Part shown: in pieces, positions 40,995 through 50,779 of the stretch
Layout of the letters: each line of letters begins with the position of its first letter
Position numbering within the stretch: position 1 is the first letter of the stretch
DNA from: an uncultured Spirochaetota bacterium
GTDB lineage: Bacteria; Spirochaetota; Brevinematia; Brevinematales; JAOACQ01
Direction of reading: 5' to 3'
Length of the DNA stretch: 64,000 nucleotides
Assembly: GCA_963835575.1 (NCBI GenBank)
Contig: CAWIGG010000004.1
Span: 640,001-704,000 of the forward strand
Made by a program: the position numbers and the translations under genes
Notes under the pieces: model-generated
What the model was told of the DNA's origin: nothing
The model's input: the letters and a program-made list of their open reading frames with translations, nothing else
Databases searched by the model: none

Positions 40995-42035
40995 ATGAAG
41001 TATATTAGAAATAATATAGAAGAAAGGGAAAAGATATTTCTTTCAAAACTTGCATCACAAAGCATCAATTCAAGAGGAAGAAAATTTAAAGAAGCTTTAG
41101 ATCCGCTTAGAACAGAATATATGAGAGACAGAGATAGAATAATACACTCTGAATCTTTCAGAAGATTAAAACATAAAACCCAGGTTTTCTTATCTCCGAC
41201 AAACGATACTTTTAGAACACGGCTTACGCATACTTTAGAGGTTTCTCAAATAGCAAGAACTATATCAAGAGCACTGGGATTGAATGAAGATTTAACTGAA
41301 GCAATAGCGCTGGGGCATGATGTTGGTCATACGCCTTTCGGGCATTCGGGTGAGCAGGTTATAAGAGAAGAGGCATATCCAGATTTTAAACATTCAGAAC
41401 AAAGTGTCAGAGTTTTAGAAAAACTCGAGAAAAAACGAAAAGGTTTAAATTTAACAATAGAAGTACTGGATGGTATAAAAAAACACTCCAAGACAGGAAA
41501 AAGTTCAATTATGCCGCAGGGACAAAAGGATTATCCTCTAACAATTGAGGGAGAAGTTGTACGAGTGTCGGATATAATAGCTTATGTCAATCATGATGTT
41601 GATGATGCGGTTAAATCTGGGATTCTTAAAGAAGAAGATTTACCTAAAGATACGAAACAAATATTAGGAAGAAAACATTCGGAAAGGATAAACACTCTGG
41701 TACAGGATGTAATCAAAAACAGTATGAATGAAAGACATATTTGTTTAAGTAAAGAAGTTTTACAGGTAACAGAAAATTTTAGAGATTTCCTTTACACAAA
41801 TGTTTATAAACATCCTGTTATCATCAGCGAAATGGATAAGGCGAAAAACATACTTTATGAGCTTTATCATTTCCTCATGAAAAACATGAATATTGTTTAT
41901 CAGATGCTTAATCTCTTTCACTATACTTCAGATGAAGACGAAAAGAGGGCTTTAGTTGATTATATTGCATTGATGACAGATAATGAAGCGGTCAATTTGT
42001 TTTATAAGTATTTTATTCCCAAATCTTTTTACTAA
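40995..42035 (+). CDS. dgt: Deoxyguanosinetriphosphate triphosphohydrolase (HD family)
   Basis: RDRDRIIHS, FRRLKHKTQV, RTRLTHTLEV, HDVGHTPFGH, DIIAY..HD.DD. Confidence 0.94.
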   Translation: MKYIRNNIEEREKIFLSKLASQSINSRGRKFKEALDPLRTEYMRDRDRIIHSESFRRLKHKTQVFLSPTNDTFRTRLTHTLEVSQIARTISRALGLNEDLTEAIALGHDVGHTPFGHSGEQVIREEAYPDFKHSEQSVRVLEKLEKKRKGLNLTIEVLDGIKKHSKTGKSSIMPQGQKDYPLTIEGEVVRVSDIIAYVNHDVDDAVKSGILKEEDLPKDTKQILGRKHSERINTLVQDVIKNSMNERHICLSKEVLQVTENFRDFLYTNVYKHPVIISEMDKAKNILYELYHFLMKNMNIVYQMLNLFHYTSDEDEKRALVDYIALMTDNEAVNLFYKYFIPKSFY

Positions 42036-42050
42036 GATTTACGAGGGGTT

Positions 42051-44126
42051 ATGAATCTTTTAATATTTGTAATAGTTATATTTTTTCTTATTTTTATATT
42101 ATTAATCGCAGATTACATAAAAAATATTCATAAATTCGAACTTCTTATTGAAAAGCTTTTTAGAAATTTCTTAAGAATTGAAAAAACAGCAGTTGATTTT
42201 GCTAAAAACTTTTTTAATACCCTTTCAAATGAAATCCGGAGTATTTTTTATGCTAAAACATGTCTCTTTTTTGTTGTTACCAAGGAGCACTTTACTCTAA
42301 AAGCAGCAGCATGTATTGATACTACTATTCAGTCAGACTTAAATTTTGATAATAATAAAGATTTTATAATTAATAAAGTTTCTGCTCTGAAAAAATTCTC
42401 TCCGCAACGATTAAAAAAAGAAATCTCTGCCCGTATTTTTAAAACAAGGAATTTAACATTCCTTCTTCCTCTATACCATAATAAAAAGCTGACAGCCTTT
42501 TTTATTTTGAGTCAAAAAAATCTTTTCCTTTATCTACGGGCGATGGTTTTTCTGGCGATGGTTTATAAAAAGTTAAATGAAGTTTTATATGATTTAATAA
42601 ATGTTGTAAAAGACCGGGAGCAGAATATAGGCACTATGATGCTCCTTGGAATAAAGGATTATGCATTTATAACAGTTGATAATGATCTTAATATAGCAAC
42701 CTGGAATAAAGGCGCAGAAATAATGTTCGGATATGATACAACTACAGGCATTCATAAAACTTTGACAGATCTGATTGAAAAAGAATCTTTACCCTCGTTC
42801 TATAAAGCTGTCGAAATTTCTGAAAAGACTGAGGAAGTAAAAGCGGAAATAATAATGAAAGACTGCAATGATACCAATATTATTTCGGAAATTTTGATTA
42901 AAAGAATTTTACAGGAGATTGTTTGTTCAGGTTATTATATACTTATAAAAGATATTACCAAAGAGGAGATATGGAAAAAAAGCATCCGCAGGCAGGCAAT
43001 TATTAACAAAAGTATTGTTGAAAACGCAAGAGACGGAATCCTGCTTTTGAATGAAGAGAGCAGAATAACTTTTCTTAATGAGAAAGTTAAAAATATTGTT
43101 GATGCCGGGATTACTTACCTTGGAATGGAAATAACACATATATTTTCAAGAGAATACGGGGAAAAATTTAAAGCTAAAATAGATGAGCTTAAAAATAGTG
43201 AAGCGGAACTGGCTTTTCTTAATTTAAAATTCGGAGATTTATGGTACAATATTCGATTTTTCCCAATTAAAGGAATTAAGACATATGATGGTATTGTTAT
43301 TTTCTTTATTGATAACACATATATAATGAAAACAAGGGAAAAATTGGAGGAAATGAATAGAAACCTGATAGAAGACTTGCAGGCAGCAAAGTTGATGCAT
43401 CTTAATCTTATTCCTTCTTCCTTACCGCAGAATAAAAAGATAAAATTTCAAGCTATTTTCCTACCGTCAGATGAGGTTGGAGGAGATTTTTATTATGTTG
43501 ATGAAATGGAAATTAAAAAGAAAAAATATTATATCACGCTGATGGCAGACGTCTCTGGACACGGTCTTGGGGCTTCAATGCTAACAGTATTAGTAAAAGA
43601 TGTCTATAGTGATTTTAAAAACAGGCTGGAATTTGAAAACAGTTTAAAATTGTCCGATTTTATAACTATGCTTAATAAAAAAATTATTAACTTAAATATG
43701 GAGGGAAGTAAATTTGTTACTATTTTTATACTATTAATAGATGTTGAAAACAAAAAAATAAAATATAGTTCAGCTGGGCACCCCCATGCTGTTATATTGA
43801 GGGGAAATGAAGCGATTGAAACTTTCGGAATAAAAAATTCCCCTCCTGTAGGCATAATTGATGATTTTGGTTATTCTGAAGAGGAAAGAGATATACTTCC
43901 AAAGGATAAACTCTGCATATATAGTGACGGCATTCTCGATGTATTTTCGTATGAAGCCAGGAATTTTAACCGTTTTCTGACAAAGAATAGAGATTTGGAT
44001 ATAAAGAAAATGAGGCAGGAAATAGAGAAAACGATAGAAAAGAGAAAAATAGAAAGGTATGAAAATGATAAAGGGAAATCAATACGGATTGATGACATTA
44101 CATTGGTTTTAGTAGAATTGCTATAA
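42051..44126 (+). CDS. PAS-domain SpoIIE/RsbU-family PP2C phosphatase
   Basis: PAS motif WNKGAEIMFGY; VGGDFY, DVSGHG, SAGHP, YSDG, DDIT. Confidence 0.9.
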   Translation: MNLLIFVIVIFFLIFILLIADYIKNIHKFELLIEKLFRNFLRIEKTAVDFAKNFFNTLSNEIRSIFYAKTCLFFVVTKEHFTLKAAACIDTTIQSDLNFDNNKDFIINKVSALKKFSPQRLKKEISARIFKTRNLTFLLPLYHNKKLTAFFILSQKNLFLYLRAMVFLAMVYKKLNEVLYDLINVVKDREQNIGTMMLLGIKDYAFITVDNDLNIATWNKGAEIMFGYDTTTGIHKTLTDLIEKESLPSFYKAVEISEKTEEVKAEIIMKDCNDTNIISEILIKRILQEIVCSGYYILIKDITKEEIWKKSIRRQAIINKSIVENARDGILLLNEESRITFLNEKVKNIVDAGITYLGMEITHIFSREYGEKFKAKIDELKNSEAELAFLNLKFGDLWYNIRFFPIKGIKTYDGIVIFFIDNTYIMKTREKLEEMNRNLIEDLQAAKLMHLNLIPSSLPQNKKIKFQAIFLPSDEVGGDFYYVDEMEIKKKKYYITLMADVSGHGLGASMLTVLVKDVYSDFKNRLEFENSLKLSDFITMLNKKIINLNMEGSKFVTIFILLIDVENKKIKYSSAGHPHAVILRGNEAIETFGIKNSPPVGIIDDFGYSEEERDILPKDKLCIYSDGILDVFSYEARNFNRFLTKNRDLDIKKMRQEIEKTIEKRKIERYENDKGKSIRIDDITLVLVELL

Positions 44127-44136
44127 GGCGGGAAAT

Positions 44137-44655
44137 ATGGAGTTGTCAGCGAATCTTTTAGCAATGTTAAATGCCAATATTTTTGATATGAGAATAGAAG
44201 ACTTCCAGGAATTAAAGCGTTTTTACAGCTGTGAAAATAAAAGCTTTATGAAAATTATGGATAAAGCAATAGGTGAATTTAAGAAAAAAGAGGATATTGA
44301 AAAAATTTTATTCCTATTGCTTTATCTTAAAGATGAGATTAAAGACATATCGCCATTCCTTTCTAATAATATCAATCGTATTTTTTCTTTAATGATAAAA
44401 AACAATTATTTTAAACAGATTGCCCAATACAGTGATATACTTGAAGCTTGCGCCAATATAAAAGTACTTGAGTTATTGAATGAATTTACTAAAAGCCGAA
44501 ATATGGGAAAATTTTTAACTAATGTGGAAATATATAAGTTGAAAAAACTGGTTTTTGATCTTTCCAATAAATATAAAAAGGATGATGTGGCGTATCAAAT
44601 TGAAATAGCATTAGAAAATCAGGATTCCGAATGGCTTGAAAATATAGAAAAATAA
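44137..44655 (+). CDS. Hypothetical helical protein
   Basis: 172-aa ORF 10 bp after the phosphatase gene; no recognisable motif. Confidence 0.6.
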   Translation: MELSANLLAMLNANIFDMRIEDFQELKRFYSCENKSFMKIMDKAIGEFKKKEDIEKILFLLLYLKDEIKDISPFLSNNINRIFSLMIKNNYFKQIAQYSDILEACANIKVLELLNEFTKSRNMGKFLTNVEIYKLKKLVFDLSNKYKKDDVAYQIEIALENQDSEWLENIEK

Positions 44656-44907
44656 TTTTGCCGTCAAATTATAGGCTCTTCTGTTTTATAAAGAAAGAAT
44701 ATTTTTTATTTATGAATTTTATTCCCTTTTGATATATTAGTTTTGATATACAATAATTTAATTCTTGCTTTTTAATAAAACAAATTTTATAGCCGCTTTC
44801 ATAATTCAGTATACAAATCTATACACCGGGAAATGAAAATATAAGTAAAGTTAGTCTATTTTATTGAAAATAACGAGGATAGGAACCCCCCTTCAATAAA
44901 AAGATTG

Positions 44908-44923
44908 TGGCACGAATATTGCT
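44908..44923 (+). promoter_or_regulatory. Sigma-54 (RpoN) -24/-12 promoter
   Basis: TGGCACGAATATTGCT matches TGGCACG-N4-TTGC(A/T), 23 bp upstream of the sigma-factor ATG. Confidence 0.85.
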
Positions 44924-44946
44924 CAATTTGTTGTATGGGGGATTAT

Positions 44947-45774
44947 ATGAAAGATTTAACCATCTTGAAACAATACATCAACAGTATTTCAAAATATTCC
45001 CGTATAACGCCAGAGGAAGAAAAAGAGCTTGCATACAGAATAAAAAATGGAGACCAGGCCGCATTAGATAAATTAATCAATGCAAATCTTAAACTTGTAG
45101 TAAAGATTGCAATAGAAATATGCAAGGGAAATACTTCCATTATGGATGTCATTCAGAACGGCAATCTCGGGTTAATAAAAGCGGCAGAAAAGTTTAATCC
45201 TACATTGGGTGTTAAATTTTCAACCTATTCAGCATTCTGGATAAAACAATCTATTTTAAGAGGTTTTATTAAACCGGCGCTTAATATAAGTATTTCATAC
45301 AGAAAAGATGAAATAAATAAAAAGATTAAGCATTATGTCAGAGAATTCTTTGCAAAAAAAGGGAAATTACCGGATATTAATAATATTATTAATGATTTAA
45401 AGGTAAAAAGGAGGGATGCGGTTGATGTCCTTTTACTTTATAAAGGAAATGGCGATTTTCAAACAAATAGTTCTTATCTAGAACCTTATGAAGATATGAT
45501 TGAGGCCGTTCAGGATAACAACTTTAATCCAGAATCGGTTGTTGAAAAGAAAAACTTAAAGAATGATATTATAACGGCGATTGAATCTTTCCCGACAAGA
45601 GAATGTGAAATTATAAAGAAAAGATATGGTTTTTCATGTGAAAAGAAAGAAACACTTCACAATCTAGGTAATAAATATTCGATTTCTGCTGAAGCCACAA
45701 GACAGATTGAGAAAAAAGTATTATCTATCATGAAATTAAGGTTTCCATATTTAGCCTATTATTATTTTGCCTGA
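44947..45774 (+). CDS. RpoS-like alternative sigma-70 factor (275 aa, no region 1.1)
   Basis: Region 1.2 (YINSI...ITPEEEKELA), region 2 (ANLKLVV, GNLGLIKAAEKF, KFSTYSAFWIKQ), region 4 HTH (ISAEATRQIEKK). Start placed at ATG 44947 after GGGGG. Confidence 0.85.
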   Translation: MKDLTILKQYINSISKYSRITPEEEKELAYRIKNGDQAALDKLINANLKLVVKIAIEICKGNTSIMDVIQNGNLGLIKAAEKFNPTLGVKFSTYSAFWIKQSILRGFIKPALNISISYRKDEINKKIKHYVREFFAKKGKLPDINNIINDLKVKRRDAVDVLLLYKGNGDFQTNSSYLEPYEDMIEAVQDNNFNPESVVEKKNLKNDIITAIESFPTRECEIIKKRYGFSCEKKETLHNLGNKYSISAEATRQIEKKVLSIMKLRFPYLAYYYFA

Positions 45775-45797
45775 TTAAACTCCTTATAAAAATAATA

Positions 45798-45842
45798 AAT
45801 ACCCCTTCCAATACCTTACGCATTGGAGGGGGTATTCTTTTT
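45798..45842 (+). terminator. Rho-independent terminator after the sigma gene
   Basis: AATACCCCTTCCAAT-loop-ATTGGAGGGGGTATT followed by CTTTTT. Confidence 0.85.
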
Positions 45843-45917
45843 ATGTAATAAATTGATTTGTACCGGGCGAAAGGGTATAATAAATATCATAAAAATCAGA
45901 TGCTATATGAGGTAAGA

Positions 45918-48900
45918 ATGGTCAAATACTTGAAATCTGTTTATTTGCAGGGTTTTAAGTCATTTCCAATAAAGACACAGATTGATCTTGTTGAAGGGAT
46001 TACAGGGATCGTCGGTGCTAACGGTTCGGGGAAGTCTAATGTAGTCGAAGCGATTAAATGGGTTTTAGGCGAGCAAAGCGCAAAAAGCCTTCGCGGCGAT
46101 AAAATGGAAGACGTTATATTTAACGGCACGAAAGACAGAGTGTCTATGAGCATGGCTGAAGTCTCATTAATTTTTGATAATGAAAACCACTGGCTTCCCA
46201 TTGATTATTCAGAAGTGGCTGTATCAAGAAGGATCTTCCGTTCAGGTGAAGGGCAGTATTCGATAAATAAATCCCGTGTCAGACTGAAAGATGTTGTTGA
46301 ATTATTTTTAGACACCGGCATCGGCAGGGACAGTTATGCTATTTTTGAACAGGGAAAAATAGACCGTCTTTTAAGCGAAAGTCCCCAGGAAAGAAGGACC
46401 CTTTTTGAGGATTTTGCCGGCATATCAAAATTTAAATATAGGAAAGAAGAAGCTGAAAAAAAATTGGAAAATTCCGCTGCGAATATCGAACGGATTAATG
46501 ATGTAATATTAGGGCTGGAAAAGGAAGTTGTAAGTTTAAAGGAACAGGCTGAGAATGCGCATCTTTACCAGGAAGTAAAAGCCGGCTTAAAAAGTCTGGA
46601 ATTAAAATTCGAGGTACTCAGAAAAATTAATTTTGAGAGTGAAATAGCAAATAAATTGGCCCAGAGGAAGCAGAATGAAGATAAGCTAAATCCTCTAATG
46701 GAAGAATTGAAGGATAAGGAAGAAAAAATTATTCAATGCGAGGAGAATATTCAAACGGAAGAAACGGATTATAATAAAATCCGCGATGAATACGTCAAGA
46801 TAGAAAGAGAGTTCGGAGAACTGAAATCCAGGCTTGAGAATAATAAAGAAAGAAAGAAATCGCTTGAAGGTCAGGTGAATAATATAGGAAACAGGCTGCA
46901 TGAAGGAGACGACAGGTTAAAAACATTAGAGAATGAACTCTCATTAAGAGAAAAAGAATATAACACAATTTCCGAGGAAAAAGAAGAAGTTACTTCACAT
47001 TTGCATGAAATCGAATCTAAAATAGATCAAATCCATCTGGATATTAAAAAGCTTGACGCTAAAATTTTAAACCGGTCAAAAACTGTCGGTTTTGAAAAGA
47101 TTATCAGTAAAGACAATGTTGATAAAAATAAGCAGGATCTGATCGCATATCAAACAAAACTCGAAAATTACCGCGCTTCCCTTGAAGAAAAGTGGAATCA
47201 GTTAAAAAATATTGAACAGCAGATGGAAGAAAAAAACACGCAATTGGCGCTGTCCAATCAGGCTATTTCGGCATTAACCGAAGAACTGAAAAAAGTATTA
47301 CAGGAAATTGAAGGCTTACAATCCAGGGAAAAGGCGCTTAAACTTGAAAATCAGAATTTAAATGATAAGACCAAAAAAATTCAGGAAGAATCAAAACAGA
47401 TGGATCGGGTGATTATTGATTCTCTGGAAAAACAGGCGGCGCTATTAAAGGAATTTGCCAAAAAGAAGCCGGATATTGAAGCTGGTATAGACAGCATCTT
47501 CAATGAACTCATTAATATGATACAGAAAAATATGCCGCTGGAAGGAATAAAAAATAAAATGTCTTTATTAAAAACACAATTTGGGCAGTTTAAGGATTAT
47601 TATGAAAGCATTCTGAATGTATTATACAGCGATGAAGGAACTTATACTAAAAAAGACGCGCTCAATAAAGAAAGCGAGGATATCGGCCGGCAGATTTTTA
47701 AAAACGAAGAAGAAAGTGAAGGTATTAGGTTAAACATTAAAGAATTGCAGGAAGTAAGGGAAGGTATTCAGAATAATTATAATAAAAACCAGTATGAGGC
47801 GGGAAGCGTTAAAAACGATTTAAATAAGTTAACCGATCAATTCACATCGACTCAGGAAGCCTTCAAAATGATTGAGAATCAGATTAACGACACTTCCGAA
47901 AAGATCAAAACAAAGCAGAATCAAACAGAAGAAATGATGCAGATTATTGATGAATATGAAGAGGAAATACTGGAAATGAAATCAAACCGGAATTCTCTGC
48001 TTGAGGAATTAAACAATAAAAAAATCAATTTTGCCCGTGTTGATGAAAAATATAATTCGCTGACAAATGAAATAACAAGAATAAATAATCAGATGAGCGA
48101 TTTAACCGAAATGAAATCGACATATCAGACAGATAAAAATAATGCCTTATCTTCAATCAAGGAACTGGATGCAAGAGTAAAGAAAGATGATAGTGAACAA
48201 GAACAATTTATAAAGAAAATTGAAAACTATAAAGATGAAATTGAAAAGAAAAAGGGGCTTATTGAAAAATTACAGAAAACAAGGAAATTATTGGATATTC
48301 AGCGTAAAGAGACAGATGAAAACAGGCAGCGTCTGGAAAAAATTATCATCAACCTGGATAATGCTTTATCTGAACGGAAAGGCTTTCTTGAATCAATCAT
48401 TGAAAACGCTATAAAAAATTATGGAGTGGATATTAATACAATTACGATTGAGAAGGAAGATAATTTTGAAAACATATCCGCAAAAATCAATGACTTGAGA
48501 ATGGAATTGCAGCGCCTGGGGAATGTCAACCTTCTGGCTATTGAGCAGTATCAGAATGCGAAAGAAAGACTGGAGTTTTTGGCGGTACAAAAACAGGATA
48601 GCGAAAAAGCGATAGCTGATATTGTATCCCTGATCGATGAGACGAATAAAAGATGTATCGAGCAATTTACATCCTCTTTTGAAGATATCCGGAAGGCTTT
48701 TAAAAAGATATTCTCACGCCTGTTTGACGGAGGAAGAGCCGATTTGATGCTGGAAGATGAAAATGATGTGCTGAACAGCGGTGTTAATATTTTTGCGGAA
48801 CCGCCGGGAAAGAAATTTCAAAGCATATCGCTATTATCCGGTGGAGAAAGGGCTTTGGTGGCCATCGCGGTCATTTTTTCGATACTCTATTTAAAACCGA

Positions 48901-49160
48901 CGCCTTTTGTTGTCCTGGATGAAATGGACGCGCCTCTGGATGATGATAATATAGAGCGTTTTAAAGCCCTGTTGCGTGATTTCAGGGAAACCAGCCAGTT
49001 TATTATTGTGTCGCACTCAAAATCAACTCTGGAAATATGCGATGCTCTTTACGGTGTAACGATGGAAGAACAGGGAGTATCCAAAATAATCAATGTCGAG
49101 TTTGACGAAGCCGACATCCTTTTCAAAGCTCTTGATAATAATACCAGCCAATCTGAGTAA
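45918..49160 (+). CDS. smc: Chromosome segregation protein SMC
   Basis: GFKSF, GANGSGKSN, WVLGEQSAKSLRG, LSGGE, LDEMDAPLD and long coiled coils. Start placed at ATG 45918 after GAGGT. Confidence 0.95.
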   Translation: MVKYLKSVYLQGFKSFPIKTQIDLVEGITGIVGANGSGKSNVVEAIKWVLGEQSAKSLRGDKMEDVIFNGTKDRVSMSMAEVSLIFDNENHWLPIDYSEVAVSRRIFRSGEGQYSINKSRVRLKDVVELFLDTGIGRDSYAIFEQGKIDRLLSESPQERRTLFEDFAGISKFKYRKEEAEKKLENSAANIERINDVILGLEKEVVSLKEQAENAHLYQEVKAGLKSLELKFEVLRKINFESEIANKLAQRKQNEDKLNPLMEELKDKEEKIIQCEENIQTEETDYNKIRDEYVKIEREFGELKSRLENNKERKKSLEGQVNNIGNRLHEGDDRLKTLENELSLREKEYNTISEEKEEVTSHLHEIESKIDQIHLDIKKLDAKILNRSKTVGFEKIISKDNVDKNKQDLIAYQTKLENYRASLEEKWNQLKNIEQQMEEKNTQLALSNQAISALTEELKKVLQEIEGLQSREKALKLENQNLNDKTKKIQEESKQMDRVIIDSLEKQAALLKEFAKKKPDIEAGIDSIFNELINMIQKNMPLEGIKNKMSLLKTQFGQFKDYYESILNVLYSDEGTYTKKDALNKESEDIGRQIFKNEEESEGIRLNIKELQEVREGIQNNYNKNQYEAGSVKNDLNKLTDQFTSTQEAFKMIENQINDTSEKIKTKQNQTEEMMQIIDEYEEEILEMKSNRNSLLEELNNKKINFARVDEKYNSLTNEITRINNQMSDLTEMKSTYQTDKNNALSSIKELDARVKKDDSEQEQFIKKIENYKDEIEKKKGLIEKLQKTRKLLDIQRKETDENRQRLEKIIINLDNALSERKGFLESIIENAIKNYGVDINTITIEKEDNFENISAKINDLRMELQRLGNVNLLAIEQYQNAKERLEFLAVQKQDSEKAIADIVSLIDETNKRCIEQFTSSFEDIRKAFKKIFSRLFDGGRADLMLEDENDVLNSGVNIFAEPPGKKFQSISLLSGGERALVAIAVIFSILYLKPTPFVVLDEMDAPLDDDNIERFKALLRDFRETSQFIIVSHSKSTLEICDALYGVTMEEQGVSKIINVEFDEADILFKALDNNTSQSE

Positions 49161-49215
49161 GCTTCACTTTACAAAAATAATAAATTTTATTAATCTAAAT
49201 TAAGGGGAAAATAAT

Positions 49216-49899
49216 ATGATATATATGTTTGATTGGACTTTTTTGCTGCTCATTCCGCCTTTCATACTGGCATTATGGGCCCAGATGAAAACGCAGGCAA
49301 CTTTTAAAAAATATTCCCGGATCAGCATAACAAGAAATATGACAGGAGCGGAGATCGCAGGAAAAATACTAACCGATTACGGAGTTCGGGATATCCGGAT
49401 TGAAAGAGTTAACGGCGTTTTAACAGATCATTATGATCCGGTTCATAAAGTATTAAATCTTTCTGATGCGGTCTACAGCCAGAACTCAATCGCGGCGGCC
49501 GGTGTAGCCGCTCATGAAGCGGGGCACGCGCTTCAGCATGCGAAAGGCTACAGTCCGATAAAAATAAGGAATTCGCTTGTTCCTGTCGCCAATATCACTT
49601 CTTATTTAGCCATTCCTTTGTTTTTCATCGGTTTCCTGATGAGTTTTCCATTATTAATCAAAATCGGGATATTCCTGTTTATCGGGATTGTCGCCTTCCA
49701 TCTGGTGACCCTGCCGGTTGAATTTGACGCGAGCAGCAGGGCCCTTAAAGTGTTAAAGCAGAGTTCTTTTCTTAATAATTCGGAGCTGGAGGGGGCCAGA
49801 TCTGTTCTCAGCGCCGCAGCTCTGACTTATGTGTCTGCCGCGCTTATGGCGTTCATGCAGCTTATCCGCTTGATATTTCTGGCAAGGGACAGGGATTAA
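49216..49899 (+). CDS. Membrane zinc metallopeptidase (YugP-like)
   Basis: LTDHYDP, AAHEAGHA, TLPVEFDAS, AAALTYV. Confidence 0.92.
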   Translation: MIYMFDWTFLLLIPPFILALWAQMKTQATFKKYSRISITRNMTGAEIAGKILTDYGVRDIRIERVNGVLTDHYDPVHKVLNLSDAVYSQNSIAAAGVAAHEAGHALQHAKGYSPIKIRNSLVPVANITSYLAIPLFFIGFLMSFPLLIKIGIFLFIGIVAFHLVTLPVEFDASSRALKVLKQSSFLNNSELEGARSVLSAAALTYVSAALMAFMQLIRLIFLARDRD

Positions 49900-49913
49900 T
49901 TATAAATTTATAA

Positions 49914-49945
49914 AAAAAGGCTGAACCAAAAAGTTCAGCCTTTTT
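49914..49945. terminator. Bidirectional intrinsic terminator
   Basis: AAAAAGGCTGAAC-caaaaa-GTTCAGCCTTTTT between convergent genes. Confidence 0.88.
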
Positions 49946-50409
49946 TATCTATTACTCATTTCCCTGTCCATATCCCGCCGGATATCTCTTTCTTTTAATA
50001 CCGCCTTTTTATCATGCAGCTTTTTGCCCTTGGCTATCCCGATAAGAACTTTGGCGTATTTACCTTTTAGGTATAATTTTGTCGGGACAATTGTGGTTCC
50101 TTTCTGGCATGTGAGATTGGATAATTTCAGTATTTCCTTTTTATGGAGCAGAAGCTTCCTGACGCGGAGGACTTCGTGATTGAAAATATTGCCGAATCCG
50201 TAAGGGCTGATATGAAGATTGTAAAGAAGAGCCTCGCCGTTCTTGATGAGGACAAAGCTGTCTTTTAAATTGACCGCATGATCCCTGACCGATTTAATTT
50301 CAGTGCCTTTTAATTCTATGCCCGCTTCATAAGTATTGAGAATTTCATAATCATGAAAAGCTTTTTTGTTTTGAGCTATTTCTGTAATCTTTTTTTTTTC
50401 CATTCTCAT
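49945..50409 (-). CDS. smpB: SsrA-binding protein
   Basis: [36 protein letters not shown]. Confidence 0.97.
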   Translation of the reverse strand: MRMEKKKITEIAQNKKAFHDYEILNTYEAGIELKGTEIKSVRDHAVNLKDSFVLIKNGEALLYNLHISPYGFGNIFNHEVLRVRKLLLHKKEILKLSNLTCQKGTTIVPTKLYLKGKYAKVLIGIAKGKKLHDKKAVLKERDIRRDMDREMSNR

Positions 50410-50418
50410 TAACCCCGG

Positions 50419-50721
50419 CTATTGCACATCTGCGAATTTATCGGCCGGCTTTTGAGGGATAATGATCTCGCCGAATTGCCTTTCATAATTCGCGATATTA
50501 TTGTTGATTGCCGCCAGAAAATTTTTGGCGTTTTTCGGCGTCATAATGATGCGGGTTATAATTTTCGCTTCCTCTTTACCGGGGAGGATGTGAGCGAAGT
50601 CGATGACAAACTCCTCCGGCGAATGGGAGACTATCGCGAAATTAGAATACTTGACAATATTTTCATCATTTGCAATTTCCACTTTTATATTCTGCTGATT
50701 CGGGATTTTAGTTTCGGCCAT
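50419..50721 (-). CDS. DUF3467-like protein
   Basis: YSNFAIVSHSPEEFVIDF...RIIMTPKNAK...YERQFGEI. Confidence 0.8.
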   Translation of the reverse strand: MAETKIPNQQNIKVEIANDENIVKYSNFAIVSHSPEEFVIDFAHILPGKEEAKIITRIIMTPKNAKNFLAAINNNIANYERQFGEIIIPQKPADKFADVQ

Positions 50722-50779
50722 ATTTATCTCCTTATGCGTACAATCTATCTATTAATGATAATGCTTAATTTGAAAATTA

